Assembly (NCBI GenBank): GCA_050010115.1 | Contig: JBEKLQ010000005.1 | Location: forward strand, 13,895-77,894 | Origin: Acidimicrobiales bacterium | Lineage (GTDB): Bacteria > Actinomycetota > Acidimicrobiia > Acidimicrobiales > Bog-793 | Length of the DNA stretch: 64,000 bases | Reading direction: 5' to 3' | Part shown: one piece after another, positions 37,749-47,363 of the stretch | How positions within the stretch are numbered: position 1 is the stretch's first letter | How the letters are laid out: every line of letters begins with the position of its first letter | The notes under the pieces: generated by a model | The model's database searches: none | What the model was told of the DNA's origin: nothing | Seen by the model: only the letters and a program-made list of their open reading frames with translations | Position numbers and translations under genes: made by a program

Positions 37749-38483
37749 CTACAAGTCGTCGATGCGGTGAAAGGCCTCGCCGTCGGCGAAGCCGGCGAGC
37801 GCTCCGTGCTCACTCAGCTCGTCATCGAGTCGCCGCCTGAAATCGGCGACTTCCGGGTGCTCCGGGTCGGGTACAGGGGTCGAGATCCCCATCGTCGAGC
37901 GGAACTGGCTGCGATGCTCGAGGAGCGCCGCAGCCTTCGCAGTGCCGAAGCCGGTCGCGTCCTCGACGTGGTTCACCTCGTCGGCTTCGAACAACAGCAA
38001 TGATGACGGCCGGTGCGGCGGTGCGTCGAGCTCGGGGAAGAACAGCGGGTCGCGCGCCGCGACAATACCGTCGGTGACGAGCCATCCAGCGTTGCGGTGG
38101 TCGGGATGGATCCGGTAGCGCTTCCACGGGTCATGGCCGAGCATCACGTCCGGCTTGATGCGCCGGATCCACGCCGCAATCTCCCACCGCTGGCGTAGGC
38201 CGGCTTCGAGCTCACCGTCGGGCCAACTGAGCAGTACGACCTGCGCTGCGGAGTCGAGTGCCCGTGCGGCAGCTCGCTGCTCCCGCTGCCGCGTCACCAC
38301 GAGGCCAGCGGCATCGGACTCGGGATCCCAAGTGCCCTTCGAGCCATCGGTGCAAACCAACAGCGAGATCGCGCAGCCGGCCGCGGCCCACTTGGCGAGC
38401 GTGGCGCCGCAGCCGAATTCGATGTCGTCGGGATGTGCCCCGACGGCAAGCGCTCGCCGGGGGACTTCCAGATTCGAGTCCAT
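37749..38483 (-). CDS. PIG-L/LmbE-family N-acetylglucosaminyl deacetylase
   Basis: AVGAHPDDIEFGCGATLAKW (AHPDD zinc motif) and a downstream HPDH motif. Confidence 0.8.
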   Translation of the reverse strand: MDSNLEVPRRALAVGAHPDDIEFGCGATLAKWAAAGCAISLLVCTDGSKGTWDPESDAAGLVVTRQREQRAAARALDSAAQVVLLSWPDGELEAGLRQRWEIAAWIRRIKPDVMLGHDPWKRYRIHPDHRNAGWLVTDGIVAARDPLFFPELDAPPHRPSSLLLFEADEVNHVEDATGFGTAKAAALLEHRSQFRSTMGISTPVPDPEHPEVADFRRRLDDELSEHGALAGFADGEAFHRIDDL

Positions 38484-38492
38484 CGACTGAAG

Positions 38493-39116
38493 TTAGTTCG
38501 CTTCGGCGCCCGGCAGCCCTGGGGATGAGCGGGGCGCGCCCACCGGTGCCGGCGGCGCCGGAACGATCGCCAACCGGACGAGGTCTTCCGGCACGTCGAT
38601 ATCGGCGGCAAAGCGATCATCGTGAACCACCGTGCACGTCAGCCCGAGCCGCGCAGCCTCGGCGCGGTGGCGCGAGAACGAGCCGGGGCCGTAGGCGAAG
38701 CGGAAACCCACACCGGCCGGCACCACGGCGACATTCGTCCCATCGCCCCGGAGATCCGGGATCAACGTGACCTCGCCGTCGTCGCCGAGCGCATCGAGCG
38801 CGCCCGCGTTCGGCAGATCGGCGTGGGCGACGACCACGAGGTCGACCCCGTAGGCAGCAAGCGATGCGACTCCGGCCTGCACGGCGCCGGACAACCCGAG
38901 CCCTGGCGTCCAGATGACCTCGGCGCCATGACGGCGGGCAAACGAGGCGACCTCGGGGTCGTCGCAGACGACATAACGCGGCAGGGCCCCCGCGGCATCG
39001 AGGACGCCCGCCGCGAGCCGACGAGCGAGTTCGGCGCGCTCGCCTGCGTCGAGCACGGGTGCCAAGCGCAGCTTTGCGACCGTAAACGACTTGATCGGGA
39101 CCACGAGCGCCCGCAC
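38493..39116 (-). CDS. cofC: 2-phospho-L-lactate guanylyltransferase (F420 biosynthesis, CofC/FbiD-like)
   Basis: The N-terminus MRALVVPIKSFTVAKLRLAPVL and the later HADLP motif match the CofC pattern. 207 aa. Confidence 0.7.
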   Translation of the reverse strand: MRALVVPIKSFTVAKLRLAPVLDAGERAELARRLAAGVLDAAGALPRYVVCDDPEVASFARRHGAEVIWTPGLGLSGAVQAGVASLAAYGVDLVVVAHADLPNAGALDALGDDGEVTLIPDLRGDGTNVAVVPAGVGFRFAYGPGSFSRHRAEAARLGLTCTVVHDDRFAADIDVPEDLVRLAIVPAPPAPVGAPRSSPGLPGAEAN

Positions 39117-39172
39117 GTGGCGAGTCTACGGAGACCGGACCCAGGTAGCGTTGGGGCCATGAAGCCGGGTCG

Positions 39173-40606
39173 ATGGTGATGGGTCGCGGACCTGGCGAAG
39201 CACCAGAGGCCAGGGTCGAGATCCTCGCAGGCCTGACGGCTTTGTTACTCGCCCGAGGAGTTCCCGCCACTGAGATCGAGGCGGCAACTGCCGAAGACCG
39301 GATCGACCTGCTCGTGATCGACCGGTTGCTGCTACCACCGTCCACGCCTCGCACCGGCTACGAAGTGGTCGAGAACGTCGGGGTCCCGCTGCCGCAGGCG
39401 GATCGGTTGTGGAGGGCGTTGGGCTTCGCCGATGTGCGCGGGCAGCCGACGTTCAATGATGACGACGTCGAAGCGTTGCGGACGATCCAAGGCCTTGTGG
39501 AACTTGGCATCTCCAGCCCGGAAACCTCCGTCCAGGTCACCAGGGTGCTCGGTTCGTCGATGGCCCGCCTGTCCGATGCGCTGGTCTCCGCCGCGGACGC
39601 GTCCGCTCAGCATGAGGGCACGCCGGAGTGGGACGAGACCCCTGAGGACGACGGCCTCCGGCTAGCACAAGTCCTCGCGTTCTCGGCGGAAGTCGTCCTC
39701 CCGAGCATGGAGAAGCTCATCATCTATGCCTGGAGGCGCCACATCCAGGCTGCTGCCCGGCGCCGGGCGTCGCTCCGGCGCGCCGGGGCCGTGCACAGCC
39801 CGATGTTGACGGACCTGACGGTGGGTTTCGCCGACATGGTCGGTTTCACCGCCTTGAGCTCTCAGCTCAACGCGACAGCATTGGCGCGGGTCGTGGACCG
39901 CTTCGAAGAGCTTGCGCACTCGATCGTCGTCGAAGGTGGCGGCAGGGCGGTCAAGATGATCGGCGACGAAGTGATGTTCGTAACGACCGGGCCCCTGGCG
40001 GCAGTCGGCATCGCCCTCAACCTCGTCGATGCCTACGCCGACGACGACCTGCTTTCCGACGTTCGCGTCGGCATCGCCACCGGGCCTGTCCTGCAGCGGG
40101 AAGGGGACTTCTTCGGTGCGGTGGTGAACCGGGCGAGCCGTATCGTCAACATCGCCGATGCCGGGACGATCCTCGTGAGCGAGGAGGTCCGCGACGGCAT
40201 CGTGGTGGCGGTCGAACGTCGAGCTGCGGTGGAGACGTCGACGCCGGCGGCCGTCGATCCGTGTGATCTCCCGAGCGAGGCAGGCGATGCCGCGCGGCTT
40301 GCCACCGAGCTCGTCCTGGAGCCACTCAAGCCCCGGGTGCTGAAGGACATCGGACGCGTCGCGCTGTGGTCGGTCTCCAGGGCCGACCGGGACCAGGTGT
40401 CCGAGGAGCGGCGTTCCGGGATCCGGTGGCGCCGCTTGTCGTCCATCTCGGCTGAGCTCGAGACGCTGCGGCAACGCGGAGAGCAGGCGATCGAGTCATT
40501 GATCACGCCTCGAACCGCTGCGGCTGCGGACGCATCGGAGGCGCCTGGCTCTGCCCAAACCGCCGATCAGGCCGCGAGGATCCTCCCGCAGGGCTCGGCG
40601 TCGTAA
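39173..40606 (+). CDS. class III adenylate/guanylate cyclase with N-terminal regulatory domain
   Basis: Cyclase core: LTVGFADMVGFTALS, KMIGDEVMFV, RVGIATGPV and GAVVNRASR. The N-terminal ~170 aa resemble the actinobacterial cyclase regulatory domain. Confidence 0.85.
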   Translation: MVMGRGPGEAPEARVEILAGLTALLLARGVPATEIEAATAEDRIDLLVIDRLLLPPSTPRTGYEVVENVGVPLPQADRLWRALGFADVRGQPTFNDDDVEALRTIQGLVELGISSPETSVQVTRVLGSSMARLSDALVSAADASAQHEGTPEWDETPEDDGLRLAQVLAFSAEVVLPSMEKLIIYAWRRHIQAAARRRASLRRAGAVHSPMLTDLTVGFADMVGFTALSSQLNATALARVVDRFEELAHSIVVEGGGRAVKMIGDEVMFVTTGPLAAVGIALNLVDAYADDDLLSDVRVGIATGPVLQREGDFFGAVVNRASRIVNIADAGTILVSEEVRDGIVVAVERRAAVETSTPAAVDPCDLPSEAGDAARLATELVLEPLKPRVLKDIGRVALWSVSRADRDQVSEERRSGIRWRRLSSISAELETLRQRGEQAIESLITPRTAAAADASEAPGSAQTADQAARILPQGSAS

Positions 40607-41802
40607 CCCCGCAGGGCTCCCAGTTGCCGGGGGAGCTCACGCCCGGCGAGCACGTCCAGGAGCGCTCGCACCTCGATGCCTCCCATGAGGGACCGGGGGA
40701 TGTGCAGCTCGGAGATCTCCTTCTGCCAGGCGATGAAGTCGAGCCCGTAGGCCAAAGCGGCCGGCTCGGTCGTCACGCCGGCGTCGGCAAGGCCGGCGTG
40801 GATGGCGGAGGCTACGAGCAAGTGGGCCGTGGCAGCGGTTTCGTAGCCGGCGACGAGGTGGGGCTCGATGTTGAGGCGCTCGAGCTCGGCATCGAGAAGG
40901 CGACGAGCCTCCGATCCGCGCTCACGGTTGGCGATGCGCAGCTCGAGCCGGACCAGGTCGGAAAGCCCGCTCACACGTCCTCGGTGCTGCGGGGCGATCG
41001 CCAGACCTTCCCGCCAGGACGCGAAACCCACCACCTCCACTCCCGACCGATGCCTCACCTTGACGTCGACGCCGCGGTGGGCTGCGGCTGCATGCACGGC
41101 GCCGGACTCGAGCAGGTCGAGAGCGAGGGCATTGCCGCACGGCCACCATGCCAGGCCGACGGTGGGGTCGTGGCGGTAGAGAGGACCTTGCAGGAGGGCG
41201 AGCGCCGGATCGCATCCTGCGATTGCGAGCGTCGGGCCGGAATCGGCGATGCGAACTGCTTCGACCGATCCGTGACGGCCACGGCTCTGGCCAGCCCGGG
41301 TCGCCGTCACGACCCCGGCGGGCGTGGCCCGACCCGCCGGCGTGAGCGCGTTCGCGGCCTCCTCACCGTTCTCCCCACCGTTCTCCCCGCCATGCACGAC
41401 GCCGAGCGCGGGGACGAAGCCCGGCACGAGTGACCCGTCGCCGGTGAGAGGAAACGCGATCGTCTCACCAGCGACTTCACTTATCAAGAGCCGCCAGCCC
41501 GGCTCCTCCCCTTGCGGCTTCGGCGACCGGACGGCGAGGCGGGCGACGACCGGAAGGGGATCAAGTGGCGAGCCGAACAGCTCCTCGACCGACGAGCCGA
41601 GCGCGCGTGAGACCGCAAGAGCGACATCGAGTGAGGGCGACCATCGGGCTGATTCGATGCCGGAGATCGCTTGGCGGGTGACTCCTGCTGAGCGAGCGAG
41701 GTCTCCCTGCGAGAAGCCGCGTGCGAGCCTGGTCAACCTCAACCGGTCGTCAGGGTGGCGGCGCGAATCTGGCAATGGATCATCCTTCCTCGTCCCCCTC
41801 AA
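40567..41802 (-). CDS. XRE-HTH transcriptional regulator fused to a periplasmic-binding-protein-like (anion-binding) domain
   Basis: N-terminal HTH (LARGFSQGDLARSAGVTRQAISGIESARWSPSLDVALAVSRAL) followed by a ~300-aa PBP-like domain. It is the last gene of the ABC operon and contains a GGENGGENGEE in-frame duplication. Confidence 0.6.
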   Translation of the reverse strand: MRGTRKDDPLPDSRRHPDDRLRLTRLARGFSQGDLARSAGVTRQAISGIESARWSPSLDVALAVSRALGSSVEELFGSPLDPLPVVARLAVRSPKPQGEEPGWRLLISEVAGETIAFPLTGDGSLVPGFVPALGVVHGGENGGENGEEAANALTPAGRATPAGVVTATRAGQSRGRHGSVEAVRIADSGPTLAIAGCDPALALLQGPLYRHDPTVGLAWWPCGNALALDLLESGAVHAAAAHRGVDVKVRHRSGVEVVGFASWREGLAIAPQHRGRVSGLSDLVRLELRIANRERGSEARRLLDAELERLNIEPHLVAGYETAATAHLLVASAIHAGLADAGVTTEPAALAYGLDFIAWQKEISELHIPRSLMGGIEVRALLDVLAGRELPRQLGALRGYDAEPCGRILAA

Positions 41803-42844
41803 CAGCCACCCTAGCCACGAGCGGCGGCTCAGTTGCCGTCACCTCCAACCGGCTGCCGACCGCCGGCGGGCAGTCCACGTTGACCTGGATCGGGCTTAGC
41901 GTTGCCAGGCTGGAGGGGTCGTTCACCTGGACTTCGCAGGCGAATCGCGCACCGAATGCTCTCACCGCGGTCACGATGCCGTGCACGACGATGCCCCGCT
42001 CCGGGTAGGCGCCGGCGGCGAACCGGTCCGGGTGGAATGCTCTGAGGTACTGCTCGTCGTGGTCGCTGAAGCAGGTGTAGCCGAACAGTTCGGCCACCCG
42101 TCGGTTCGCCGGCGCCCGGGCGATCTCGGCGGCGTCACCGATCTGCAGGATCCGCCCGCCATCCATGACCCCGATGCGGTCGCCGAAGGCCTGCGCTTCG
42201 CCGAGGTCGTGGGTGACGAGCACGGACACGGCGCCATTGCGACGGGTGACATCGATCGCCAGGTCACGAAGGTCACCGCGGGACGTCACATCGACGGCTG
42301 AGAAGGGCTCGTCGAGCAACAAAGCCTTGAACGGCCTCGCGAGGGCACGGGCGAGTGCCGCACGCTGGCGTTGCCCTCCTGACAGGGCTTCCGGAACTGC
42401 CTGCCGAAGGTCGCTTAGGCCGACCCGGTCCAACAGCTCGGCAAAGGAGCCGTCGCTGTGGTCCGGCCTCGGGCGACCCAGCCCGTAGCCGACGTTCTCG
42501 ATGACGCTCAGGTGAGGGAACAAAGTGGTGGGCTGGCGTACGGCGGCGACGCCTCGGTGTCGGAAGGGGACCGGCGGCTCGCTGCGTCGTCGTCCGGCTC
42601 GATCGCCGCGGGGGTAGAGAGCCCGCCAGGTCGCCGGCGGGGCGTTGACGACCTTGCGATCCAGGCGTACCTCACCGCTCGAGATCGGTGTCGTGCCGGC
42701 GATCGCCTCCACGAGCGTCGTCTTGCCGGCACCGGACGTCCCGAACAGCGCCAGACGCTTGCCTGGCGCAAGCGACACCCGCGCGACGACGTCGAACGTT
42801 CGGCGGGCGACGGTGACGTCGGCCTCCAACAGCGCTGGTGTCAT
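41780..42844 (-). CDS. ABC transporter ATP-binding protein (ModC-like, with C-terminal TOBE-like domain)
   Basis: Walker A GTSGAGKTT, signature LSGGQRQR and Walker B LLLDEPFSAVD. The ATG at 42844 was chosen; the 42931 start overlaps the permease gene. Confidence 0.8.
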   Translation of the reverse strand: MTPALLEADVTVARRTFDVVARVSLAPGKRLALFGTSGAGKTTLVEAIAGTTPISSGEVRLDRKVVNAPPATWRALYPRGDRAGRRRSEPPVPFRHRGVAAVRQPTTLFPHLSVIENVGYGLGRPRPDHSDGSFAELLDRVGLSDLRQAVPEALSGGQRQRAALARALARPFKALLLDEPFSAVDVTSRGDLRDLAIDVTRRNGAVSVLVTHDLGEAQAFGDRIGVMDGGRILQIGDAAEIARAPANRRVAELFGYTCFSDHDEQYLRAFHPDRFAAGAYPERGIVVHGIVTAVRAFGARFACEVQVNDPSSLATLSPIQVNVDCPPAVGSRLEVTATEPPLVARVAVEGDEEG

Positions 42845-42858
42845 GGTCTTGGTCACGG

Positions 42859-43704
42859 TCAGCCCACTGGCTCCGCCAGTGCTGCCGCGGCCGCAAACTC
42901 TCGACGGGTGCCCCGGGCGCGGGCGCTCCACATCAACCCGATCAAGGGCAGCGGCAGGGCCGCCACGATCAGAAGGAGAGCGAACGGCAGCGCGCCACTC
43001 AGCCCGTTCTCGATGAAGCTCGTGTCGATCCTGATCGGCAGCCCGGCGGGGTTGTAGGCGACGATCAGGACCGCTCCGAAGGCGCCCATGGCGCGAGCCC
43101 AGGCGATCGCCAGGCCGGCTGCGAGCCCGGGCGCCGCCAGCGGGAGCGTGACCTTCCGGAACGCCGTGAGCTGGCGATGGCCGAGTAACTGGGCATCCTG
43201 CTCGAGGCGTGGGTCGACCGTGGACAGGGCAGCTGCTGCCGAGATGATGTAGTAGGGCGCTGCCTCGTAGAACTCGGCCACCACGAGGGCGAAGAACGTG
43301 TTCACGCCGAAGACGTTCGGATCAACGCCCGACACCACCCGGCCGACCGGGCCGGCTTGGCCGATCAGGAAGATCAACAGCAACCCGATCACGAGCGGCG
43401 GCATGAGGAGAGGCATCACGATTCCGGCCTCCACGATGCGCGGTGCCGGGAGCCGGTGCCGGGCGAGCAGGTACGCCAGCGGCGTGCCGAGGATCACCAT
43501 GCACGCGAGAGCGATCGCGCTTGCCTCGAGGGACGTCCACAGCGGCCCGAGCGCGCCCGGTTGGTCGAGGGTCACCCGAACCTGGTGCGGGGAGATCTGT
43601 GTGAGGAGCACGCCGAGCGGCCCGAGGAGCACCACCCAGACGAGCACCGATGCCGACACGGCTGCCGTTGTCGGGAGCCGCCCGATCGCTCGTTGCATCG
43701 ACAT
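42859..43704 (-). CDS. ABC transporter permease (ModB/CysT-type)
   Basis: 281-aa ORF with six TM segments and the EAA-loop region LEQDAQLLGHRQLTAFRKVTLPLAAPGL. Confidence 0.8.
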   Translation of the reverse strand: MSMQRAIGRLPTTAAVSASVLVWVVLLGPLGVLLTQISPHQVRVTLDQPGALGPLWTSLEASAIALACMVILGTPLAYLLARHRLPAPRIVEAGIVMPLLMPPLVIGLLLIFLIGQAGPVGRVVSGVDPNVFGVNTFFALVVAEFYEAAPYYIISAAAALSTVDPRLEQDAQLLGHRQLTAFRKVTLPLAAPGLAAGLAIAWARAMGAFGAVLIVAYNPAGLPIRIDTSFIENGLSGALPFALLLIVAALPLPLIGLMWSARARGTRREFAAAAALAEPVG

Positions 43705-43776
43705 TGCGACCGGTCTATCGGTTCATCGGTCGGCCCACGTACCGATTTGGGTGGCTAGCGGTCGCAGCGGCCACGG

Positions 43777-43843
43777 CCGGTGCCCGGTTGCCGGTGCCCG
43801 GTTGCCGGTGCCCGGTTGCCGGTGCCCGGTTGTCGGTGCCCGC
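43777..43843. repeat. tandem repeat, 14-nt unit CCGGTGCCCGGTTG x about 4.8, between the binding-protein and permease genes
   Basis: Four perfect units (43777-43832) plus a degenerate fifth. It begins 3 nt after the binding-protein stop at 43846. Every unit carries two self-complementary CCGG tetramers. Confidence 0.9.
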
Positions 43844-43845
43844 CA

Positions 43846-44937
43846 TCACGACGTGGAGATCGTCCCGTGCAGCGCGTTGAACAGCGACAGCACAGAAGTT
43901 GGGAGCGCCTGCGACTTGGTCGCCCCGGTAGTCAGCTTCAACACCGGAGGCACGAGCGTGTAGCCCGCCTTGGCGAGGACCGCCCGCCCGCCCGCCGACA
44001 GCAGGTAGGCCACGAACGCCTGGTCGGCCGTGGCGTCAACTGCTGACACCGACTTGCCCTTCGCCGGGGCGACCAGGGTCACGTCGAGGTTGATGAGCTC
44101 GCCGGTTACCGCCTCGCCGGCCACGCTGATACTGGCTGTGGCGTAGGTCGACAAGTCGGCCGGGTCGGCGAAGTCGAGGCCCGCGGGCAGCGTGATGTAG
44201 TCGAGGCCGTACTGCTGTGCCTCGGGGAGGTAATCGCTCCCTGCGTCGACGACGCCCGTCTGGATGTCGACGGGCAGGGCATCCTCATCGAGCATCTGCG
44301 AGCTCGAGCCGTACGGGCTCGACTTCGTGATGCCCAGGATCTTTGTCGTGAGGCCGGCGGGGAGGTTGAGCTCTCGCTGGGCGAGTTGCATCATCAGCAG
44401 GAAGAACTCACCTTGCGGGTCCTGCGTCGGATCGGTTCTGCCCAGCCGGAAACCGGACGTGTCGAGCAACGTGAACAGGCTGGACAGCGGCTTGGCGCCG
44501 GATCTGATTGCGTTGAGCTGCGTGAAGTACCGGCTCTTCGGCGAATAGGCCACCACCAGCGGGTCGGTCGCCAGTGCCAGGGCGAACTTGGCGTGGCTCG
44601 GCCAGAGCTCCTTGATCGCCTTCGCTCCGACGGAGAGGAACACGCCTGGAGAGATCTCGCCCGAGAGGATCTCTTGCGCAAGAGCCAGCGAGCCTGCTCC
44701 CGGCGGGCCACCGAAGTGATCTCCCGTCGCCTTTTGGAACGCCGGTCCGAGCGTGTCGTTGTAGAGCTTCACCAACGAGCCCGCGTATGCAACGTCAGCC
44801 GTTCCATGGGGAGTGGTCGAGCCGGGCGCGGCCGTCGTGGGCGTCGAGGAGGACGACCCGCAGGCGGCGCATGCGATCGCCAGGGCGCAGATGGCGCCGA
44901 CGACGTGGCGGTTGTGACGCAGTCGGGATGTCTGCAT
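43846..44937 (-). CDS. lipoprotein, ABC substrate-binding protein (molybdate/tungstate/sulfate-type PBP)
   Basis: Lipobox LAIACAAC and a Ser/Thr linker. The PBP core (VAYAGSLVKLYNDTLGPAF ... GVFLSVGAKAI) is ModA/WtpA-like. First gene of the operon. Confidence 0.65.
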   Translation of the reverse strand: MQTSRLRHNRHVVGAICALAIACAACGSSSSTPTTAAPGSTTPHGTADVAYAGSLVKLYNDTLGPAFQKATGDHFGGPPGAGSLALAQEILSGEISPGVFLSVGAKAIKELWPSHAKFALALATDPLVVAYSPKSRYFTQLNAIRSGAKPLSSLFTLLDTSGFRLGRTDPTQDPQGEFFLLMMQLAQRELNLPAGLTTKILGITKSSPYGSSSQMLDEDALPVDIQTGVVDAGSDYLPEAQQYGLDYITLPAGLDFADPADLSTYATASISVAGEAVTGELINLDVTLVAPAKGKSVSAVDATADQAFVAYLLSAGGRAVLAKAGYTLVPPVLKLTTGATKSQALPTSVLSLFNALHGTISTS

Positions 44938-45014
44938 GGAGCGTCACGATACTGCAATCGCAAGTAGTGCTGTCATATATCAAGTCTCGCTAGCTAACTG
45001 CCGCGGACAGTACG

Positions 45015-45764
45015 GTGAGGCGCGATGCGTGTGGCAGTCCGTGGGGGAGCGGCGAAGTGGTGACCTCACCGACGATGCGGATCGAAGGCCGGTACTTTGC
45101 CGAGGGGTGCACGGCTGTTGGGGGGATCGACGAAGTGGGACGAGGCGCGTGGGCCGGGCCGGTGAGCGTCGGCGTCGTTGTCGTCACACCAGGATCCGGC
45201 CGCAAGCTCCCGAGCGGTGTCCGGGACTCCAAGCAGCTGACCCTGGTCGAGCGGGAAGCGTTGTTCGTGCCTGTCGCCCGGGCCGTGGCGAGCTGGGCAG
45301 TCGGCCACGCCAGCAACGAGGAGTGCGACGAGCTCGGGATGACGTGCGCCCAGCGCCTAGCGACTCGGCGCGCCCTCGACCAACTCGACGTGGTCCCGGA
45401 CATGTTGCTGCTCGACGGCAAGTTCGACTTCCTCAACGACGGCGAGGCCGCCCTGCCGGTGCGGATGATCGTGCGCGGGGACTCGAGCTCGAAGGCGATC
45501 GCCGCAGCGTCGATCCTCGCCAAGGTCACGCGGGATCGGCTGATGGCAAAGGAGTCGGAGCACTACCCGTGGTACGGCTTCGAGCGCAACCGGGGCTACC
45601 CGTCCCCGTCGCACAAGATGGCGCTGGCAGCTTGGGGATGCACGCCGTTCCATCGCCGTAGCTGGGCGTTCGTGGAAGGACTCCTCTTCCGCCCGGCCGG
45701 CTATCACGACAGGTTCCGCCCCCTGGCAATCGATGACGAGGAGACCGGAGGTACCGGGCGATGA
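45015..45764 (+). CDS. rnhB: ribonuclease HII
   Basis: GIDEVGRGAWAGPVSVGVV (DEVGRG metal site), DSKQLT and SILAKV motifs. The exact start is uncertain. Confidence 0.9.
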   Translation: MRRDACGSPWGSGEVVTSPTMRIEGRYFAEGCTAVGGIDEVGRGAWAGPVSVGVVVVTPGSGRKLPSGVRDSKQLTLVEREALFVPVARAVASWAVGHASNEECDELGMTCAQRLATRRALDQLDVVPDMLLLDGKFDFLNDGEAALPVRMIVRGDSSSKAIAAASILAKVTRDRLMAKESEHYPWYGFERNRGYPSPSHKMALAAWGCTPFHRRSWAFVEGLLFRPAGYHDRFRPLAIDDEETGGTGR

Positions 45765-46435
45765 GCGATCTGACGGTCGATCCAAGCGAAGGTGCCGAAC
45801 ATAGCGGTGCTCCAGCTGACGGTACGCCAATCAAGGATCCCGAGGCCATCTTTCAGATGCTGGCAGCCGCCGAGACCCGTCGACGACGCCAACCGGCTGC
45901 TAGTAAGCGGGCGCTCATCATCGCGACGGTCGCGATCCCAATCGCCTTGGTGATCGGCCTCATCATCGGTGCTCACTACCTCGAGAACCTCGCCGCCACG
46001 ACCACGAACGACACGGTTGGGGGGGCCCAATCCAACCTCAACAGCGCCTTGGCGGCCTCTGAGCGGTACGTGGGCTCGCATGAGACATTGGATGGTGTGA
46101 CCTCGACTTCGGGCTTGTCCGCATTGGCTCCGTCACTCACGTTCCCGACCGTGTCGGGCTCGGCCACGGAGATCGCGCTCGATCTGAGGAATTCGGGAGC
46201 GCTCGTGATGACGAGCCTGCAGTCGAGCCCGGACCTGGTGTGCTTTGGCGTCGCTCAGGTGGTGGGAGCCCAGCCTTCCCCGGTGTTCAATGGGTACCCA
46301 TCCACCGCCGACCCTGGCATCTACTACTTCGAGGCTCCGACTGTGGGAGGCGAGTGCGACTCGTATACGGTCACGCCTCCGGGGGGCGGCTCGTTCGTGT
46401 CGACGACTGGGTTTCCGAGCGCGCCACTTCCGTAG
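45761..46435 (+). CDS. hypothetical membrane-anchored extracytoplasmic protein
   Basis: ATGA overlap with the rnhB stop. One TM segment (LIIATVAIPIALVIGLIIGA). No recognisable motif. Confidence 0.5.
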   Translation: MSDLTVDPSEGAEHSGAPADGTPIKDPEAIFQMLAAAETRRRRQPAASKRALIIATVAIPIALVIGLIIGAHYLENLAATTTNDTVGGAQSNLNSALAASERYVGSHETLDGVTSTSGLSALAPSLTFPTVSGSATEIALDLRNSGALVMTSLQSSPDLVCFGVAQVVGAQPSPVFNGYPSTADPGIYYFEAPTVGGECDSYTVTPPGGGSFVSTTGFPSAPLP

Positions 46436-46439
46436 CGGC

Positions 46440-47363
46440 TCAGTCCGGGGTCGAGACCGCGACCACAGGTACCCCGGTCTTCTCCGCCGTGTCGGCCTTC
46501 CGCCACGGCCGCGCCAGGCTCAGATACACGGCACCGGCAAGGAGTATCACCGCGCACAGCGTCCAACCCAGAGCGGTGGTGCTCACTCCGATGTACTTGA
46601 GGCCGGAGGCGAAGATCACGAACGTGATGGCCGGCCGGATGAGCTTGTCCGGCGCCCGCGACGAGAGGAACGACCCGACGAGCACGGCGGGCACGCTGCC
46701 GATGATCAGCGAGGTGGTCACGCCGAACTCGACGTGACCAAATAGGAGCGCCCCGAGCGCTGCCGCCAACGACAAGGGGACCGCCTGGGTGAGATCGGTA
46801 CCGACGAGTTGCTTGGCCCCGATCACCGGGTACATGAACAGCAGCAGCACGATCATCAGCGAGCCTGCCCCGACCGAGGTCATGCCCACGATGATCCCTC
46901 CGACCATGCCGATGAGGATCGTCGGGATCGGCTTGACCTTGAGCGCGTGGACCGCTGCGTCGCGAGCCTGGCTGCTGCGACGGTCGAGCAGGAAGCGCAG
47001 CACCATCGCCGCGGCGCCGATGAGGAGAGCGGACCCGAGTGCGATCTCGATGTTCGTCTGTGCGGGCTTGCCGAGACCGAATAGGTGCAGCAGGTATGCC
47101 CCGAGAAACGCCATCGGCACCGACCCGACGACCATCCACCCAACCAATCGCAGGTTGACGGTCTTCTTCGTGAGGTGGACGGCGGCGCCGACCGGTCGCA
47201 TCACGACGGCCGCCACGAGGTCGCTCGAGATGGCCGTTGATGGCTTGATGCTGAACAGCAGGATCAGCATCGGCGTCATCAGGGCACCGCCGCCGGCGCC
47301 CGTGAGGCCCACGAGGAACCCGACCACGGCGCTCCCCAACACCATGTATGGATCGACGTGCAC
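46440..47363 (-). CDS. TauE/SafE-family anion exporter
   Basis: 307-aa ORF with about eight TM segments and duplicated GxGGG-type motifs (GLTGAGGGALMTP ... GMTSVGAGSLMIV). Confidence 0.85.
   Translation of the reverse strand: MHVDPYMVLGSAVVGFLVGLTGAGGGALMTPMLILLFSIKPSTAISSDLVAAVVMRPVGAAVHLTKKTVNLRLVGWMVVGSVPMAFLGAYLLHLFGLGKPAQTNIEIALGSALLIGAAAMVLRFLLDRRSSQARDAAVHALKVKPIPTILIGMVGGIIVGMTSVGAGSLMIVLLLFMYPVIGAKQLVGTDLTQAVPLSLAAALGALLFGHVEFGVTTSLIIGSVPAVLVGSFLSSRAPDKLIRPAITFVIFASGLKYIGVSTTALGWTLCAVILLAGAVYLSLARPWRKADTAEKTGVPVVAVSTPD

Noticed and set aside
44938-45014. Possible molybdenum-cofactor riboswitch upstream of the anion ABC operon
   Set aside because: The leader is only about 77 nt and shared with a divergent gene, which is too short for the Moco RNA motif. 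I could not recognise its conserved elements by eye.
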